A DNA stretch of 64,000 nt, taken from positions 992 to 64,991 of the forward strand of contig FR878314.1 in NCBI GenBank assembly GCA_000434335.1, written 5' to 3'. This DNA comes from Clostridium sp. CAG:492. Lineage in GTDB: Bacteria > Bacillota > Clostridia > TANB77 > CAG-508. The position numbers and the translations under genes were made by a program. Positions 24,311 to 34,736 of this stretch are shown piece by piece (positions within the stretch are counted from its first letter, which is position 1; each line of letters opens with the position of its first letter). The notes under the pieces were generated by a model, which saw nothing but the letters and a program-made list of their open reading frames with translations, did not search any database and had not been told where the DNA came from.

Positions 24311-24353
24311 AAAAAGAATAAAATGAAATTTACTGCTTCATTTTATTCTTTTT
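24311..24353. terminator. Bidirectional terminator between queH and the DUF378 gene
   Basis: Perfect 14-bp stem AAGAATAAAATGAA/TTCATTTTATTCTT flanked by A and T runs. Confidence 0.7.
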
Positions 24354-24354
24354 A

Positions 24355-24549
24355 TTATTCACCTATTTTATTATAAAAGCTAATTGCCCAAATACCAGCT
24401 ATACCAACTAAAATATACACTATTCGTGAAACTATAGAAAATCCATTAAATAAAGTTTCAACAAGATTAAATTCAAAAGCACCAACTAATAGCCAATTAA
24501 GAGCACCTATAACAACAAGAGTAAGTACTAAATAATTTAAAAATTTCAT
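24355..24549 (-). CDS. DUF378 small membrane protein
   Basis: 64 aa. The IGALNWLLVG motif is typical of DUF378. Confidence 0.75.
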   Translation of the reverse strand: MKFLNYLVLTLVVIGALNWLLVGAFEFNLVETLFNGFSIVSRIVYILVGIAGIWAISFYNKIGE

Positions 24550-24788
24550 AAATAGATATCCTCCTTTTGTAATTATTATGTGAAAAAAAGTATAGATTAT
24601 TCAAAAAAATTAAAATAAAATTTTAAAACAATTGATTTTATAAAACACAATAATCCTTGATAAATTTAATAACATATAGTAAAATACTAATAAAATCAAA
24701 ACGAGTATTTACAAACTATTAATTAGTTTATAAAGATAACTAAAAAAATTGCAATGTAGCCAATGATAAGAAAGGAAGAAGATTAATA

Positions 24789-27503
24789 ATGAGTAGATTG
24801 TTACTGATAGATGGAAACAGCATATTAAATAGAGCATTTTATGGAATAATGGGAAGTAAAATGCTTACAACAAAGGATGGAACATATACAAATGCTGTAT
24901 ATGGATTTTTAGCAATAATGTTTAAGGCACAGGAGGATTTATCACCAGATCATATGGCTGTAACATTTGATTTAAAAGCTCCAACAGCAAGACACAAAAT
25001 GTATGAAGGATATAAAGCTAATCGTAAAGGAATGCCAAATGAACTTGCTGCACAAATGCCAATTATAAAAGATGTTTTAAGAAAGATGAATATAACAATA
25101 ATTGAAAAAGAAGGCTACGAGGGTGATGACATATTAGGAACATTTGCAAGATTAGGAGAAGAAGCTGGACTTGATGTAACAATTCTTTCTGGAGATAGAG
25201 ATACATTTCAACTTGCAACAGATAAAGTAACAATTCATATTCCACGAACAAAAGGTGGAAAAACAGAAATTGAAGATTTTGATAAAGAAAAAGTAATAAG
25301 CACATATGAAGTAGTACCAAAACAATTAATTGAAGTAAAAGGTTTAATGGGAGATTCTTCAGATAATATACCAGGTGTTCCAGGTGTTGGTGAAAAAACA
25401 GCATACAAATTAATAAAGGAATATAAAACAATTGATAATTTATATGATTTGCTTGAAAAAAATGAGGCAAAAACAATTAAGGGAAAATTAAAAGAAAATT
25501 TAATACAAAATAAAGATTTGGCTTTATTATCAAGAACTTTAGGAACAATAAATGTAAATGTTCCAATTGATGATATTTCAGTTGAAGACTTAAAAATTAA
25601 AGAATGGAATAAAGAAGAAGTATATAGTATTTTTAAGGAGCTAAATTTTAAAAGATATATAGATAGATTTGAATTATCAGGAGAGGAAACATCAGTAAAA
25701 GATTTAAAAGATTTATTTAAAATTGAAGAAAATGTTGAGTTAAATAAAATAGCTGATATTATAAAAAAACAAGAAGAATTGATATATTATTTATATAAAA
25801 ATGATGACAAAGATAGTAAAAATATAATAAAAAAGACTGTAAAATCTATTAGTATATATAATAAAAAAGAAGGAATTGTTTATTATTGTAAAATAAATTC
25901 TGAAAATTTGGTTAAGTATTTTAAAGAGATATTTGAAAATACATCAATAAAAAAATATGGCTATAAATTAGTTGAAGACTATGTTTTACTAAAAGAGCTT
26001 GGAATAAATCCAGAAAATATTTATTATGATGCAGAAATTGCTGCATATGATATAAATCCAACAAATAAATATAAATTAAATGATTTGTCAATGGAATATT
26101 TAGGAATCGATATTAACGAATTTATTGAAAAAGAAAATGAGAATAAAGACACTGTAAGTGGACAAATGAACTTTTTTGATTCTGTAGAAGAAAATGATAA
26201 TGAAAAATATGAAATTTCAATGTATGCATATGTAATTGGAAATTTATATGAAAAAACAATGAAAAAACTAGAAGAATACAATAGTGTTGATTTATTTAAT
26301 AATATAGAAATGCCATTATTACAAGTATTAGCAGAAATGCAATTTAATGGATTATATGCAGATAAAGAGGAATTAATTGAAATTGGTGATAAATTAAAAT
26401 TAAGATTAAATGAACTAACAGAAGAAATTCACAGTTTAGCAGGAGAAGATTTTAATATTAATTCTACAAAACAGTTAGGTGTAATTTTGTTTGAAAAGCT
26501 ACAATTACCAGTGATTAAAAAAACAAAAACTGGATATTCAACAGATGTTGATATATTAGAAAAATTGAAAAACAAACATCCTATAATAGAAAAAATTCTT
26601 GAATATAGAAGTTTAACAAAATTAAATTCAACATATGTAGAAGGTTTACTTCCATATATAAATGAAAAAACTGGAAGAATACATTCATATTTTCATCAAA
26701 CAATAACTGCTACTGGAAGAATAAGTAGTACAGAGCCAAATTTACAAAATATACCAACAAGATTAGATTTGGGAAAACAATTAAGAAAAGTTTTTAAACC
26801 AAAACAAGGATATATATATGTAGATGCTGATTATTCTCAAATTGAATTAAGAGTATTAGCACATATTTCTCAAGACGAAAATATGGTTCATGCATTTTTA
26901 AATGAGGAAGATATACACAAACAGGCAGCTTCAAAAGTATTAAATATTCCAATAGAAGAGGTAACAAAAGAGCAAAGAAGTTCTGCAAAAGCTGTAAATT
27001 TTGGAATTGTTTATGGAATAAGTGACTTTGGATTATCAGAGCAATTAGGAATATCAAAAAAAGAAGCTAAAAATTATATAGAGCAATATCTTGAAAAATA
27101 TAATGGAATAGATAAATTTATGAAAGATATTGTAGAACAAGCAAAAAAAGATGGATATGTAGAAACTTTATTTAATAGAAGAAGATATATACCAGAGCTA
27201 AGCTCTAATAATTATATGGTAAGACAATTTGGAGCAAGAGCAGCAATGAATACACCAATACAAGGAACTGCAGCAGATATAATGAAAATTGCAATGGTGA
27301 ATTTATATAAAGAGCTAAAAAATCAAAAATTAGATGCAAAAATAGTTCTTCAAATACATGACGAATTAATGATAGAATGTAAAGAAGAAGAATGTAAAAA
27401 AGTTGAAAAAATATTAAAACAATGCATGGAAAATGCAATAAAATTAAGTGTACCACTAGAAGTAGAAGTATCATGTGCACATAATTGGTACGATTTAAAA
27501 TAA
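24789..27503 (+). CDS. polA: DNA polymerase I
   Basis: 904 aa. 5'-nuclease domain (LLLIDGNSILNRAFY, GVPGVGEKTA) and pol domain motifs A, B and C (DYSQIELRVLAH, KAVNFGIVYG, QIHDEL). Confidence 0.97.
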   Translation: MSRLLLIDGNSILNRAFYGIMGSKMLTTKDGTYTNAVYGFLAIMFKAQEDLSPDHMAVTFDLKAPTARHKMYEGYKANRKGMPNELAAQMPIIKDVLRKMNITIIEKEGYEGDDILGTFARLGEEAGLDVTILSGDRDTFQLATDKVTIHIPRTKGGKTEIEDFDKEKVISTYEVVPKQLIEVKGLMGDSSDNIPGVPGVGEKTAYKLIKEYKTIDNLYDLLEKNEAKTIKGKLKENLIQNKDLALLSRTLGTINVNVPIDDISVEDLKIKEWNKEEVYSIFKELNFKRYIDRFELSGEETSVKDLKDLFKIEENVELNKIADIIKKQEELIYYLYKNDDKDSKNIIKKTVKSISIYNKKEGIVYYCKINSENLVKYFKEIFENTSIKKYGYKLVEDYVLLKELGINPENIYYDAEIAAYDINPTNKYKLNDLSMEYLGIDINEFIEKENENKDTVSGQMNFFDSVEENDNEKYEISMYAYVIGNLYEKTMKKLEEYNSVDLFNNIEMPLLQVLAEMQFNGLYADKEELIEIGDKLKLRLNELTEEIHSLAGEDFNINSTKQLGVILFEKLQLPVIKKTKTGYSTDVDILEKLKNKHPIIEKILEYRSLTKLNSTYVEGLLPYINEKTGRIHSYFHQTITATGRISSTEPNLQNIPTRLDLGKQLRKVFKPKQGYIYVDADYSQIELRVLAHISQDENMVHAFLNEEDIHKQAASKVLNIPIEEVTKEQRSSAKAVNFGIVYGISDFGLSEQLGISKKEAKNYIEQYLEKYNGIDKFMKDIVEQAKKDGYVETLFNRRRYIPELSSNNYMVRQFGARAAMNTPIQGTAADIMKIAMVNLYKELKNQKLDAKIVLQIHDELMIECKEEECKKVEKILKQCMENAIKLSVPLEVEVSCAHNWYDLK

Positions 27504-27524
27504 ACAAAAGAAAGGGAAGATAGT

Positions 27525-28094
27525 ATGCCAAAAGCACTTAAAGCAATTATTATTACTATATTAATAATATTGGTAACATACATAGGTACAGTAAAAATAT
27601 TTAATGTCCCAGAAAAGATAATGAAAAAAATCTACCCAAAAACATATTCAGAATATGTAACAGACTATTCAAAAGAATATGATGTAGATCCATTATTAGT
27701 ATATGCAGTAATAAAAGCAGAAAGTAATTTTAAAGAAGATGTAGTGTCAAACAGTAATGCGAAAGGATTAATGCAATTAATGGACTCAACAGCAGACGAA
27801 GTTGCAAGCAATATAATAACAGATACAACATTTGAATCAAACATGCTATTTGATGCCAAAACAAATATAAAAATAGGAACAAAATATTTATCAGAATTAT
27901 TACAAAAATATGACGGAAACTATTACCTAGCAGTAGCAGCATATAATGCAGGAATAGGAACAGTAGATAAATGGATACAAGAAGGCACAATAAAAAAAGA
28001 TGGCTCAGACATAGAAAATATACCATACAAAGAAACCAATAATTATGTAAGAAAAATAATAAGGGATTATGGAATATATCAGAAGTTATATTAA
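27525..28094 (+). CDS. Membrane-anchored lytic transglycosylase (SLT domain)
   Basis: An N-terminal TM segment followed by the AESNF...GLMQL...AYNAG motifs. Confidence 0.8.
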   Translation: MPKALKAIIITILIILVTYIGTVKIFNVPEKIMKKIYPKTYSEYVTDYSKEYDVDPLLVYAVIKAESNFKEDVVSNSNAKGLMQLMDSTADEVASNIITDTTFESNMLFDAKTNIKIGTKYLSELLQKYDGNYYLAVAAYNAGIGTVDKWIQEGTIKKDGSDIENIPYKETNNYVRKIIRDYGIYQKLY

Positions 28095-28154
28095 AAATGT
28101 GGACGGAATAAGAATTTAAATAAGCTTAAATTTTTGCTCCATCCACATTTTATT

Positions 28155-29996
28155 TTATTCTACAGTAACCGACTTAGCTAAATTACGAGGTTTATCAACA
28201 TCTAATCCTTTATCTTTTGAAATATAATATGCAAGTAATTGCAAAGGTATTACAGAAAGAATAGGGGATAGAAGCGGATTTGTATCTTCTATTTTTACGA
28301 CATTGTCAAAATTAGAATTTTCTATATCTTGATTTGTTACAATAAATGTTTTAGCACCACGGGTGATAACTTCTTCAATATTGCTTATAGATTTTTCTAA
28401 CAAATTTTTATCTGTTAAAATACTAATTACAGTAATTCCTTTTTCTATTAAAGCAATAGGTCCGTGCTTTAATTCTCCAGATGCATATGCTTCTGAATGA
28501 ATATATGAAATTTCTTTTAATTTTAAAGAGCCCTCTAAAGCAACATTGTAATCGCTTCCTCTACCGATGAAAAATACATCTTTTTCTTTTGAAATCTTTT
28601 TAGCGAATTTTTTTACTTCATCACTAGTCTTTAAAGATGTTTCAATTTTCTTTGGTAAATCAAATATATCTTTTTTCAAATTTTCCAATGTTTCAGAATC
28701 GGTACTTTCTAAAATTTCTGCGAAATATATAGCTAAAATTCCTAAAAGTACAACTTGTGAAGTGTAAGCTTTAGTAGAAGCAACTGCAATTTCTGGACCT
28801 GCATGTGTATAAATTGTATAATCGGCTTCCCTTGTTATTGAACTTCCTATAACATTTGATACAGCTAGTGTTTTTGCTCCTTTTGATTTTGATAATTTTA
28901 AAGCAGCAATTGTATCTGCAGTTTCTCCAGATTGGCTAATGAAAACACATAAAGTTTTTTCATCTATTATAGGATTTCTATATCTAAATTCAGAAGCAAT
29001 ATCAACTTCTACTGGGATATTACAAAGATTTTCGATAAATTTTTTCCCTGTTAAACCAGCGTGCATTGCTGTACCACAAGCTATTATAAAAATTTTGTTT
29101 ATTGTAGATAAATATTCTTTTGTAATATTTATATCACTAAAATTGCAAGGTTCACCTAATTTTAAACGAGATCCGATTGTTTCTCTTATTGCAGTTGGTT
29201 GTTCAAAAATTTCTTTTAACATATAATCTTCATAACCATTTTTTTCAGCTGCAGATGAATCCCATTCAATATTTTTTAGTTCTTTAGAGTGTTCTACTAA
29301 ATCTGAATTATAAAATTTTATAGAATTTTTTTCTATTAAAGCAAATTCATAATCATCTAATAAGTAAAAATTTCTAGTAAATTCTAATAAAGCAGGTATG
29401 TCAGATGCAATATGATATCCTGTCAATCCTTTTCCAATAACAAGAGGGCTATCTTTTCTAACAACAACCATTTTATCTGGATATAAATTACATAAAACTT
29501 CAATAGCAAAACTACCTTTTAAATCTTTAGTTGCACTTTGTACAGATCTTAAAAATTTATTTTCATCATCATTTGTATCTTTTGAAAAGTGATAATGAAT
29601 TAAATTTGGAATAACTTCTGTATCTGTTTGAGATAAAAACTTGTATCCATTATCTGTTAAAAATTTTCTTAATTCTGTGTAATTTTCTATTATACCATTA
29701 TGTACAACAGCAAAAGTTTCACTATTGTCCATATGTGGGTGAGCATTTTCTTTTGATGGTTTTCCATGAGTTGCCCATCTTGTATGAGCTATACCAATTG
29801 TTCCAGATAATTTATTTATGCCTCTTATGTTATTTAAATTTGCAACTCTGCCTTTGTCTTTCATTACACAAATTTTGTCGTCTTCAATGGAGGCAATTCC
29901 AGCTGAATCGTAACCTCTATATTCTAATGCTGTAAGCCCAGTTAATAAAATAGGGCATGCTTTTTTTTCTCCAATATAACCTACTATTCCACACAT
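28155..29996 (-). CDS. glmS: Glutamine--fructose-6-phosphate aminotransferase
   Basis: Start set at MCGIVGY (catalytic Cys2). Two SIS domains and a C-terminal KSVTVE. Confidence 0.97.
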   Translation of the reverse strand: MCGIVGYIGEKKACPILLTGLTALEYRGYDSAGIASIEDDKICVMKDKGRVANLNNIRGINKLSGTIGIAHTRWATHGKPSKENAHPHMDNSETFAVVHNGIIENYTELRKFLTDNGYKFLSQTDTEVIPNLIHYHFSKDTNDDENKFLRSVQSATKDLKGSFAIEVLCNLYPDKMVVVRKDSPLVIGKGLTGYHIASDIPALLEFTRNFYLLDDYEFALIEKNSIKFYNSDLVEHSKELKNIEWDSSAAEKNGYEDYMLKEIFEQPTAIRETIGSRLKLGEPCNFSDINITKEYLSTINKIFIIACGTAMHAGLTGKKFIENLCNIPVEVDIASEFRYRNPIIDEKTLCVFISQSGETADTIAALKLSKSKGAKTLAVSNVIGSSITREADYTIYTHAGPEIAVASTKAYTSQVVLLGILAIYFAEILESTDSETLENLKKDIFDLPKKIETSLKTSDEVKKFAKKISKEKDVFFIGRGSDYNVALEGSLKLKEISYIHSEAYASGELKHGPIALIEKGITVISILTDKNLLEKSISNIEEVITRGAKTFIVTNQDIENSNFDNVVKIEDTNPLLSPILSVIPLQLLAYYISKDKGLDVDKPRNLAKSVTVE

Positions 29997-30039
29997 ATTA
30001 ATCACAATCCTTTCGTTTTTAATTATTAAATTAATTAAA

Positions 30040-30197
30040 AGATATACAGGATTATTATGCTATAAATATTATTTTGTAATCAATATTACTATTGATTTTT
30101 GTAAATATTTTAATGACTAGCACTTGCCATAGAGCATCCGCCGAATTTTCGATAAACTCTAACCTCGTCAGCAATATATAATATTGCTCTGGCGCTT
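30040..30197 (-). promoter_or_regulatory. glmS ribozyme (GlcN6P-activated self-cleaving riboswitch) in the glmS leader
   Basis: The minus strand reads AGCGCCAGAGCAAUAUUAUAUAUUGCUGACGAGGUUAGAGUUUAUCGAAAAUUCGGCGGAUGCUCUAUGGCAAGUGC. This contains the conserved cleavage-site AGCGCC, GACGAGG and UAUCGAAAAUUCGGCGGAUGC core elements. The 3' boundary is approximate. Confidence 0.85.
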
Positions 30198-30322
30198 AAA
30201 ATGTAACCTCCTTATATATTTTTTTAGTATATCTTTTATGGGGATATAGTACATCAAAAATATTTTAATTGCAAGTGAATTTTTTGTGAAAATGACAATA
30301 TTAATTTTTACAAAAATATTAT

Positions 30323-30351
30323 TTGACACGTAAAAAAAATATAAGTATAAT
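30323..30351 (+). promoter_or_regulatory. Consensus sigma-A promoter TTGACA-17-TATAAT
   Basis: Read directly from the sequence. About 45 nt upstream of the 30399 ORF. Confidence 0.55.
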
Positions 30352-30398
30352 ACAAATAAATATTATAAAGAAAAGTAAACAAGAAGGGAGTAGTAATT

Positions 30399-30872
30399 AT
30401 GAGAGTAGAAGTTTCATACATATATTTGTATTTAGCAATTATAGTATCAATTGTAGTATGTTTTTGTATGATATTGGGGTTAATAAAAAAAATAGGTCAA
30501 TGGGGAATTTTTTCAAAAGCTGGCATATCAGAATGGAAATCGTTAGTTCCAGTTTATAATCAAATACAATTATTAAAAATATGCAAATTATCACCTTGGC
30601 TTGTTGTTTTATACTTAGATTTTTTAATACCAATTATTGGTTTTTATGCAGGAAGAGATGTTAGTTGGACTTTTATTATAATGTTAATTGGATTTTTATG
30701 TTACCGTTTTATGATAGCAGTAAGATTAGGATATTGCTATAAAAAAGGTGCAGTTTTACCATTTTTTATGGCATTTTTCCCATCAATATTTTTTCCAATA
30801 ATAGGATGCTCAAAAAAAGAAGAATATACTGAACTTGTTATACAAAAAAAATCAAAAAGAAAAGATAAATAG
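30399..30872 (+). CDS. Small polytopic membrane protein (DUF5684-like)
   Basis: GAAGGGAG RBS. The FSKAGISEWKSLVPVYN motif resembles the DUF5684 family. Four hydrophobic segments. Confidence 0.5.
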   Translation: MRVEVSYIYLYLAIIVSIVVCFCMILGLIKKIGQWGIFSKAGISEWKSLVPVYNQIQLLKICKLSPWLVVLYLDFLIPIIGFYAGRDVSWTFIIMLIGFLCYRFMIAVRLGYCYKKGAVLPFFMAFFPSIFFPIIGCSKKEEYTELVIQKKSKRKDK

Positions 30873-30924
30873 GGCAGATGGTTTTACCATTTGTCTTATT
30901 TAAATATTTTACGGAGGTAAATTA

Positions 30925-32718
30925 ATGTTCGACATAGAAAAAGAGCTAAAAAAACTACCTGCCAAACCAGGTGTATATATAATGCATGATAAAAATGACA
31001 AAATTATATATGTTGGAAAAGCAATATCTTTAAAAAATAGGGTTAGACAATATTTTAGAAAAAATAATAAAACAAAAAGAATTGAAAATATGGTTTCACT
31101 AGTAGATCATTTTGAATATATTGTAACCGAAAATGAGGCTGAAGCTTTAATATTAGAATGTAATTTAATAAAGAAAAATATGCCAAAATTTAATGTTTTA
31201 TTAAAAGATGATAAAACATATCCATACATAAAAATTACAGTTCAAACAGATTACCCAGATGTATATATAACAAGGAGAAAATTAAATGATGGTGCAAAAT
31301 ATTTTGGACCATATGCTAATCCAGGTAGTGCAAAAGAAATGGTTGATCTGATAAAAAGTAAGTTTAAAATTAGACAATGCAGAAATTTTAAATATAAAGA
31401 TAGACCATGTTTAAATTATCATATAAAAAAATGCTTAGCTCCATGTATGGGATATGTTTCAAAAGAAGACTACAAAAAGCAAATTGATGAAATAATCGAT
31501 TTATTAGAAGGTAAAGTTGATAAAATTTTGAAACAGTTAACAGAAGAAATGGAGGAAGCTTCAAAAAATATGCAATATGAAACAGCAGCATATTTGCGTG
31601 ACAAAATTATTGCAATTGAAAATGTTTCAAAACGTCAAAAAGTTTCTAATATGGGTGAAAATGATATTGATGTTATAGGTTTGGCAAGAAATGATACAGA
31701 AGTTTGTATTGAAATGTTTTTTATAAGAAAAAGTAAAATGATTGGAAGAGAACATTACTTTTTTAAAGGTCTACAGGATGAAGAAAAGTCTGAAATAATG
31801 TCAAGCTTTATAAAGCAATATTATTTAGAAAAAGATTTTTTACCAAGTAAAATAATGGTTAAAGAAACAATTGAAGATAAAGAGCTAATAGAGCTATTGT
31901 TAACTCAAAAAGCAGAGCATAAAGTAGAAATAAAATTGCCACAAAAAGGTGAAAAGTTAAGATTAGTAGATATGGCGGAAAATAATGCATATATAACTTT
32001 AAATAATAAAGAAAAAGACAAGTACAACGTTTTAACAGAGCTAAAAGAAGTACTAAAACTAGACAAATATCCAAGAAAAATTGAATGTTATGATATTTCA
32101 AATATTTCAGGTAACTTTATAGTTGCTGGAATGTGTGTTATGGAAAATGGGGTAATAAAAAAGAATTTATCAAGAAGATTTAAAATAAAATCTGTAGTTA
32201 ATAATCAAGATGATCCTAAGTGTATGAATGAAGTAATATATAGAAGATTGCAACATTCAATTAATGGAAGAAATGATGGTTTTGGGGCTCTACCAGATGT
32301 TATTTTTGTAGATGGTGGAATAACACAAATAAGATCTGCAAAACAAGCTTTATATGATTTAAATTTAAATATTCCTATATTTGGAATGGTTAAAAATGAC
32401 AAACATCAAACTAGAGCTTTAATGGACGAAAATAGAAATGAACTTACAATATCACAAAGTTTATTAAATGCTATTACAATGTTTCAAGATAGTGTTCACG
32501 ATACAGCAATTGGTTATCATAGAAAATTAAGAGATGAATCTATGATAAAATCAGCTTTGGATGAAATACCAGGAATAGGAACAGCTAAAAAGGCAATGTT
32601 ATTAAAAAAGTTTGGTAGTGTAGAAAAAATATCAGAGGCAAGTATTGAAGAGCTAACAAGTGTAAAAGGAATAAATGAAGATTTAGCTAAAAAAATATTA
32701 GAAAAAATATCAAAATAA
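30925..32718 (+). CDS. uvrC: Excinuclease ABC subunit C
   Basis: GIY-YIG N-terminus (GVYIMHDKNDKIIYVGKA), a UVR domain, an endonuclease domain and a C-terminal (HhH)2. Confidence 0.97.
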   Translation: MFDIEKELKKLPAKPGVYIMHDKNDKIIYVGKAISLKNRVRQYFRKNNKTKRIENMVSLVDHFEYIVTENEAEALILECNLIKKNMPKFNVLLKDDKTYPYIKITVQTDYPDVYITRRKLNDGAKYFGPYANPGSAKEMVDLIKSKFKIRQCRNFKYKDRPCLNYHIKKCLAPCMGYVSKEDYKKQIDEIIDLLEGKVDKILKQLTEEMEEASKNMQYETAAYLRDKIIAIENVSKRQKVSNMGENDIDVIGLARNDTEVCIEMFFIRKSKMIGREHYFFKGLQDEEKSEIMSSFIKQYYLEKDFLPSKIMVKETIEDKELIELLLTQKAEHKVEIKLPQKGEKLRLVDMAENNAYITLNNKEKDKYNVLTELKEVLKLDKYPRKIECYDISNISGNFIVAGMCVMENGVIKKNLSRRFKIKSVVNNQDDPKCMNEVIYRRLQHSINGRNDGFGALPDVIFVDGGITQIRSAKQALYDLNLNIPIFGMVKNDKHQTRALMDENRNELTISQSLLNAITMFQDSVHDTAIGYHRKLRDESMIKSALDEIPGIGTAKKAMLLKKFGSVEKISEASIEELTSVKGINEDLAKKILEKISK

Positions 32719-32754
32719 AAATTACATAAAACAAGTTGCAATAGGAGGAAGACA

Positions 32755-33477
32755 ATGATTTTTTCAGAAAAATTCTATATAGGATATAGAGACATAGATT
32801 CAAATTTAAAAATAAAAAATAGTGCAATACTAAACATTTTTGAGGATATATCAGGTATGCATGCAACCCAAGCAGGAGAAGGACTTAAAACTTCAGAAAC
32901 AACGTGGTTACTAACAGGATATAAAGTAAATATAATAAAAAGACCTGAATATGGTGATAAAGTTAATGTATATACATGGGGAACTGAAATAAAAAACATA
33001 ACTGCTTCAAGAGAATTTGAAATAAAATCAGAAGCGGGTGAGCTATTAATTACAGGAATTTCAAATTGGGTACATATAAATTTAAAAAGTAAAAAAATTG
33101 AAAAAGTAACAGACCAGCTTATAGATGCATATCAATTAGAACCTGAAAAAACGAATTTTAATGAACGTAAATTGAAAAAATTAAAAGAGCCAGAAACATA
33201 TTTAAATTGTATTGATTATAAAATTGATTTAAATTGGATTGATGTTAATAATCATATGAATAATATTTATTACCTAGAATTAGCAGATATGATATTACCA
33301 GAAGAAATAAGAAAAAGTAATAATTGTAGCAATTTTGAAATTATGTACAAGAAAGAAATTAAATATGGTGATATTATAAAATGTTATTATGCAGAGCCAG
33401 AAAATACATCACATGTTGTAACTCTAAAAAATTCTGAAACAGGGGAAATTTGTGCGATAATTAAACTATATATTTAG
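32755..33477 (+). CDS. Acyl-ACP thioesterase
   Basis: 240 aa with a double hot-dog layout. The N-terminal YRDIDSNLKIKNSAILNIFEDI and second-half VNNHMNNIYY motifs are typical of PF01643. Confidence 0.7.
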   Translation: MIFSEKFYIGYRDIDSNLKIKNSAILNIFEDISGMHATQAGEGLKTSETTWLLTGYKVNIIKRPEYGDKVNVYTWGTEIKNITASREFEIKSEAGELLITGISNWVHINLKSKKIEKVTDQLIDAYQLEPEKTNFNERKLKKLKEPETYLNCIDYKIDLNWIDVNNHMNNIYYLELADMILPEEIRKSNNCSNFEIMYKKEIKYGDIIKCYYAEPENTSHVVTLKNSETGEICAIIKLYI

Positions 33478-33660
33478 AAAACAAGCTGTCAATGGGTGTC
33501 AATGGGGACGGTTCTTTTTGACAACATTTTAATTAAAAAATCAAGTATACTTAAATGTGTAAACAAAATGACACATACTATGAAGCAATGTTAAAAAATG
33601 GATTTATTACTAACTAGGTAGATAGAAATTTCAAATTAATCTTTAGCTATAGCTAAAATG

Positions 33661-33689
33661 AAAAAAAGAAGTCGCATGACTTCTTTTTT
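33661..33689 (-). terminator. Intrinsic terminator after tRNA-Leu
   Basis: Stem AAGAAGTC/GACTTCTT with a 4-nt loop, followed by a U-run on the minus strand. Confidence 0.7.
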
Positions 33690-33773
33690 TGGTGCGGATG
33701 AAGGGACTTGAACCCCCACGTCGTTGACACTGGTTCCTAAGACCAGCGCGTCTGCCAATTCCGCCACATCCGC
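33690..33773 (-). tRNA. tRNA-Leu (anticodon UAG), CCA encoded
   Basis: The minus strand reads GCGGATGTGGCGGAATTGGCAGACGCGCTGGTCTTAGGAACCAGTGTCAACGACGTGGGGGTTCAAGTCCCTTCATCCGCACCA. Features are a 7-bp acceptor stem, the anticodon loop CTTAGGA, a long variable arm and a GTTCAAGTC T-loop. A TTGACA-18-TAATAT promoter lies at 33826-33797. Confidence 0.95.
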
Positions 33774-33922
33774 ATATGTTTTTGGAAACTTCTTAAATAT
33801 TAGCACAAATTACTGTCCTTTGTCAATAGTTTTTTTTACTTTTTAAAAATAAAAATCAGCAATAGACGAATAAGCTCATATATGATATAATTATTCCACA
33901 ATTAAATAATAGGAGGAAATCT

Positions 33923-34513
33923 ATGAACATAGGAATAGATATAGATGGTGTAATATTAGATAGTGAAAAAGTATTTAGAACAGTAGCTGATTTGTACAAC
34001 ACAATAGAACTAAATGACAGAGCAATAAGAGCATATGATGAACCACGAGTTCAAGAAAAATACAATTGGACTGATGAAGAGATACAAGAATTTGCTGATA
34101 AATATTTTATAGAATGTTCAAAAATTTCAAATTTCATGCCATGTGTAAAAGAAGTATTAAATATGTTAAAACAAGAAGGACATAACCTAATAATAATAAC
34201 AGCAAGAGGTCGTGACAAAAAAGAAATGAGAGCAATAGCAGAAGAAAAGTTTGAAAAAGAAGGCTTAAAATTTGACAAATATTATTGGGCTCAGAGAGGA
34301 AAAGCAGATGTATGTGTAAAAGAAAAAATTGATGTAATGATAGATGACAACTACATGAATTGCTTAGAAATAGCAGAAAAAAATATAAAAACATTATATT
34401 TTAGAGATGCAGGAATAAAAGAAATAAAAAATAATCCACACATAACAGAAGTTCACAATTGGGGTGAAATATACAAATATATACATATGTATAATAATGA
34501 AATAAATAGCTAA
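33923..34513 (+). CDS. HAD-superfamily hydrolase, 5'(3')-deoxyribonucleotidase-like
   Basis: N-terminal IGIDIDGVILD (DxDGV nucleophile motif). 196 aa. Confidence 0.5.
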   Translation: MNIGIDIDGVILDSEKVFRTVADLYNTIELNDRAIRAYDEPRVQEKYNWTDEEIQEFADKYFIECSKISNFMPCVKEVLNMLKQEGHNLIIITARGRDKKEMRAIAEEKFEKEGLKFDKYYWAQRGKADVCVKEKIDVMIDDNYMNCLEIAEKNIKTLYFRDAGIKEIKNNPHITEVHNWGEIYKYIHMYNNEINS

Positions 34514-34563
34514 AAATTGCATATAATGTTTAAAAAGTAAACAAAAAGATAGGAGAAAATATT

Positions 34564-34722
34564 ATGAGAGAAAAGTATTTTGAAGATCTTGGTTTAGATG
34601 ATGGACAAGATATATTAAGTAAATTTAAAATAAATATGGATGAGATATTAGAAGAATCAAAAGAGCATGAAGATAAAAAGCAAAAAGATGCTAAAGAAAA
34701 TGAGAAAAAAGATAATAAATAA
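34564..34722 (+). CDS. Hypothetical 52-aa highly charged protein (not in the supplied ORF track)
   Basis: ATG preceded by AGGAGA at an 8-nt spacing. Translates to MREKYFEDLGLDDGQDILSKFKINMDEILEESKEHEDKKQKDAKENEKKDNK and ends 14 nt before the next gene. Confidence 0.35.
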   Translation: MREKYFEDLGLDDGQDILSKFKINMDEILEESKEHEDKKQKDAKENEKKDNK

Positions 34723-34736
34723 TAAAGAAGGTGCTT

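Noticed and set aside
30323-30559. 78-aa ORF overlapping the start of the DUF5684-like membrane protein.
   Set aside because: It overlaps the consensus promoter and the better-supported 30399 ORF, which has a GAAGGGAG RBS and a membrane-protein pattern. No RBS precedes it.
33481-33540. Duplicated GTCAATGGG motif with a downstream TTGAC after the thioesterase gene.
   Set aside because: Only 5-bp complementarity and no clear T-run. This is insufficient to call a terminator or a binding site.
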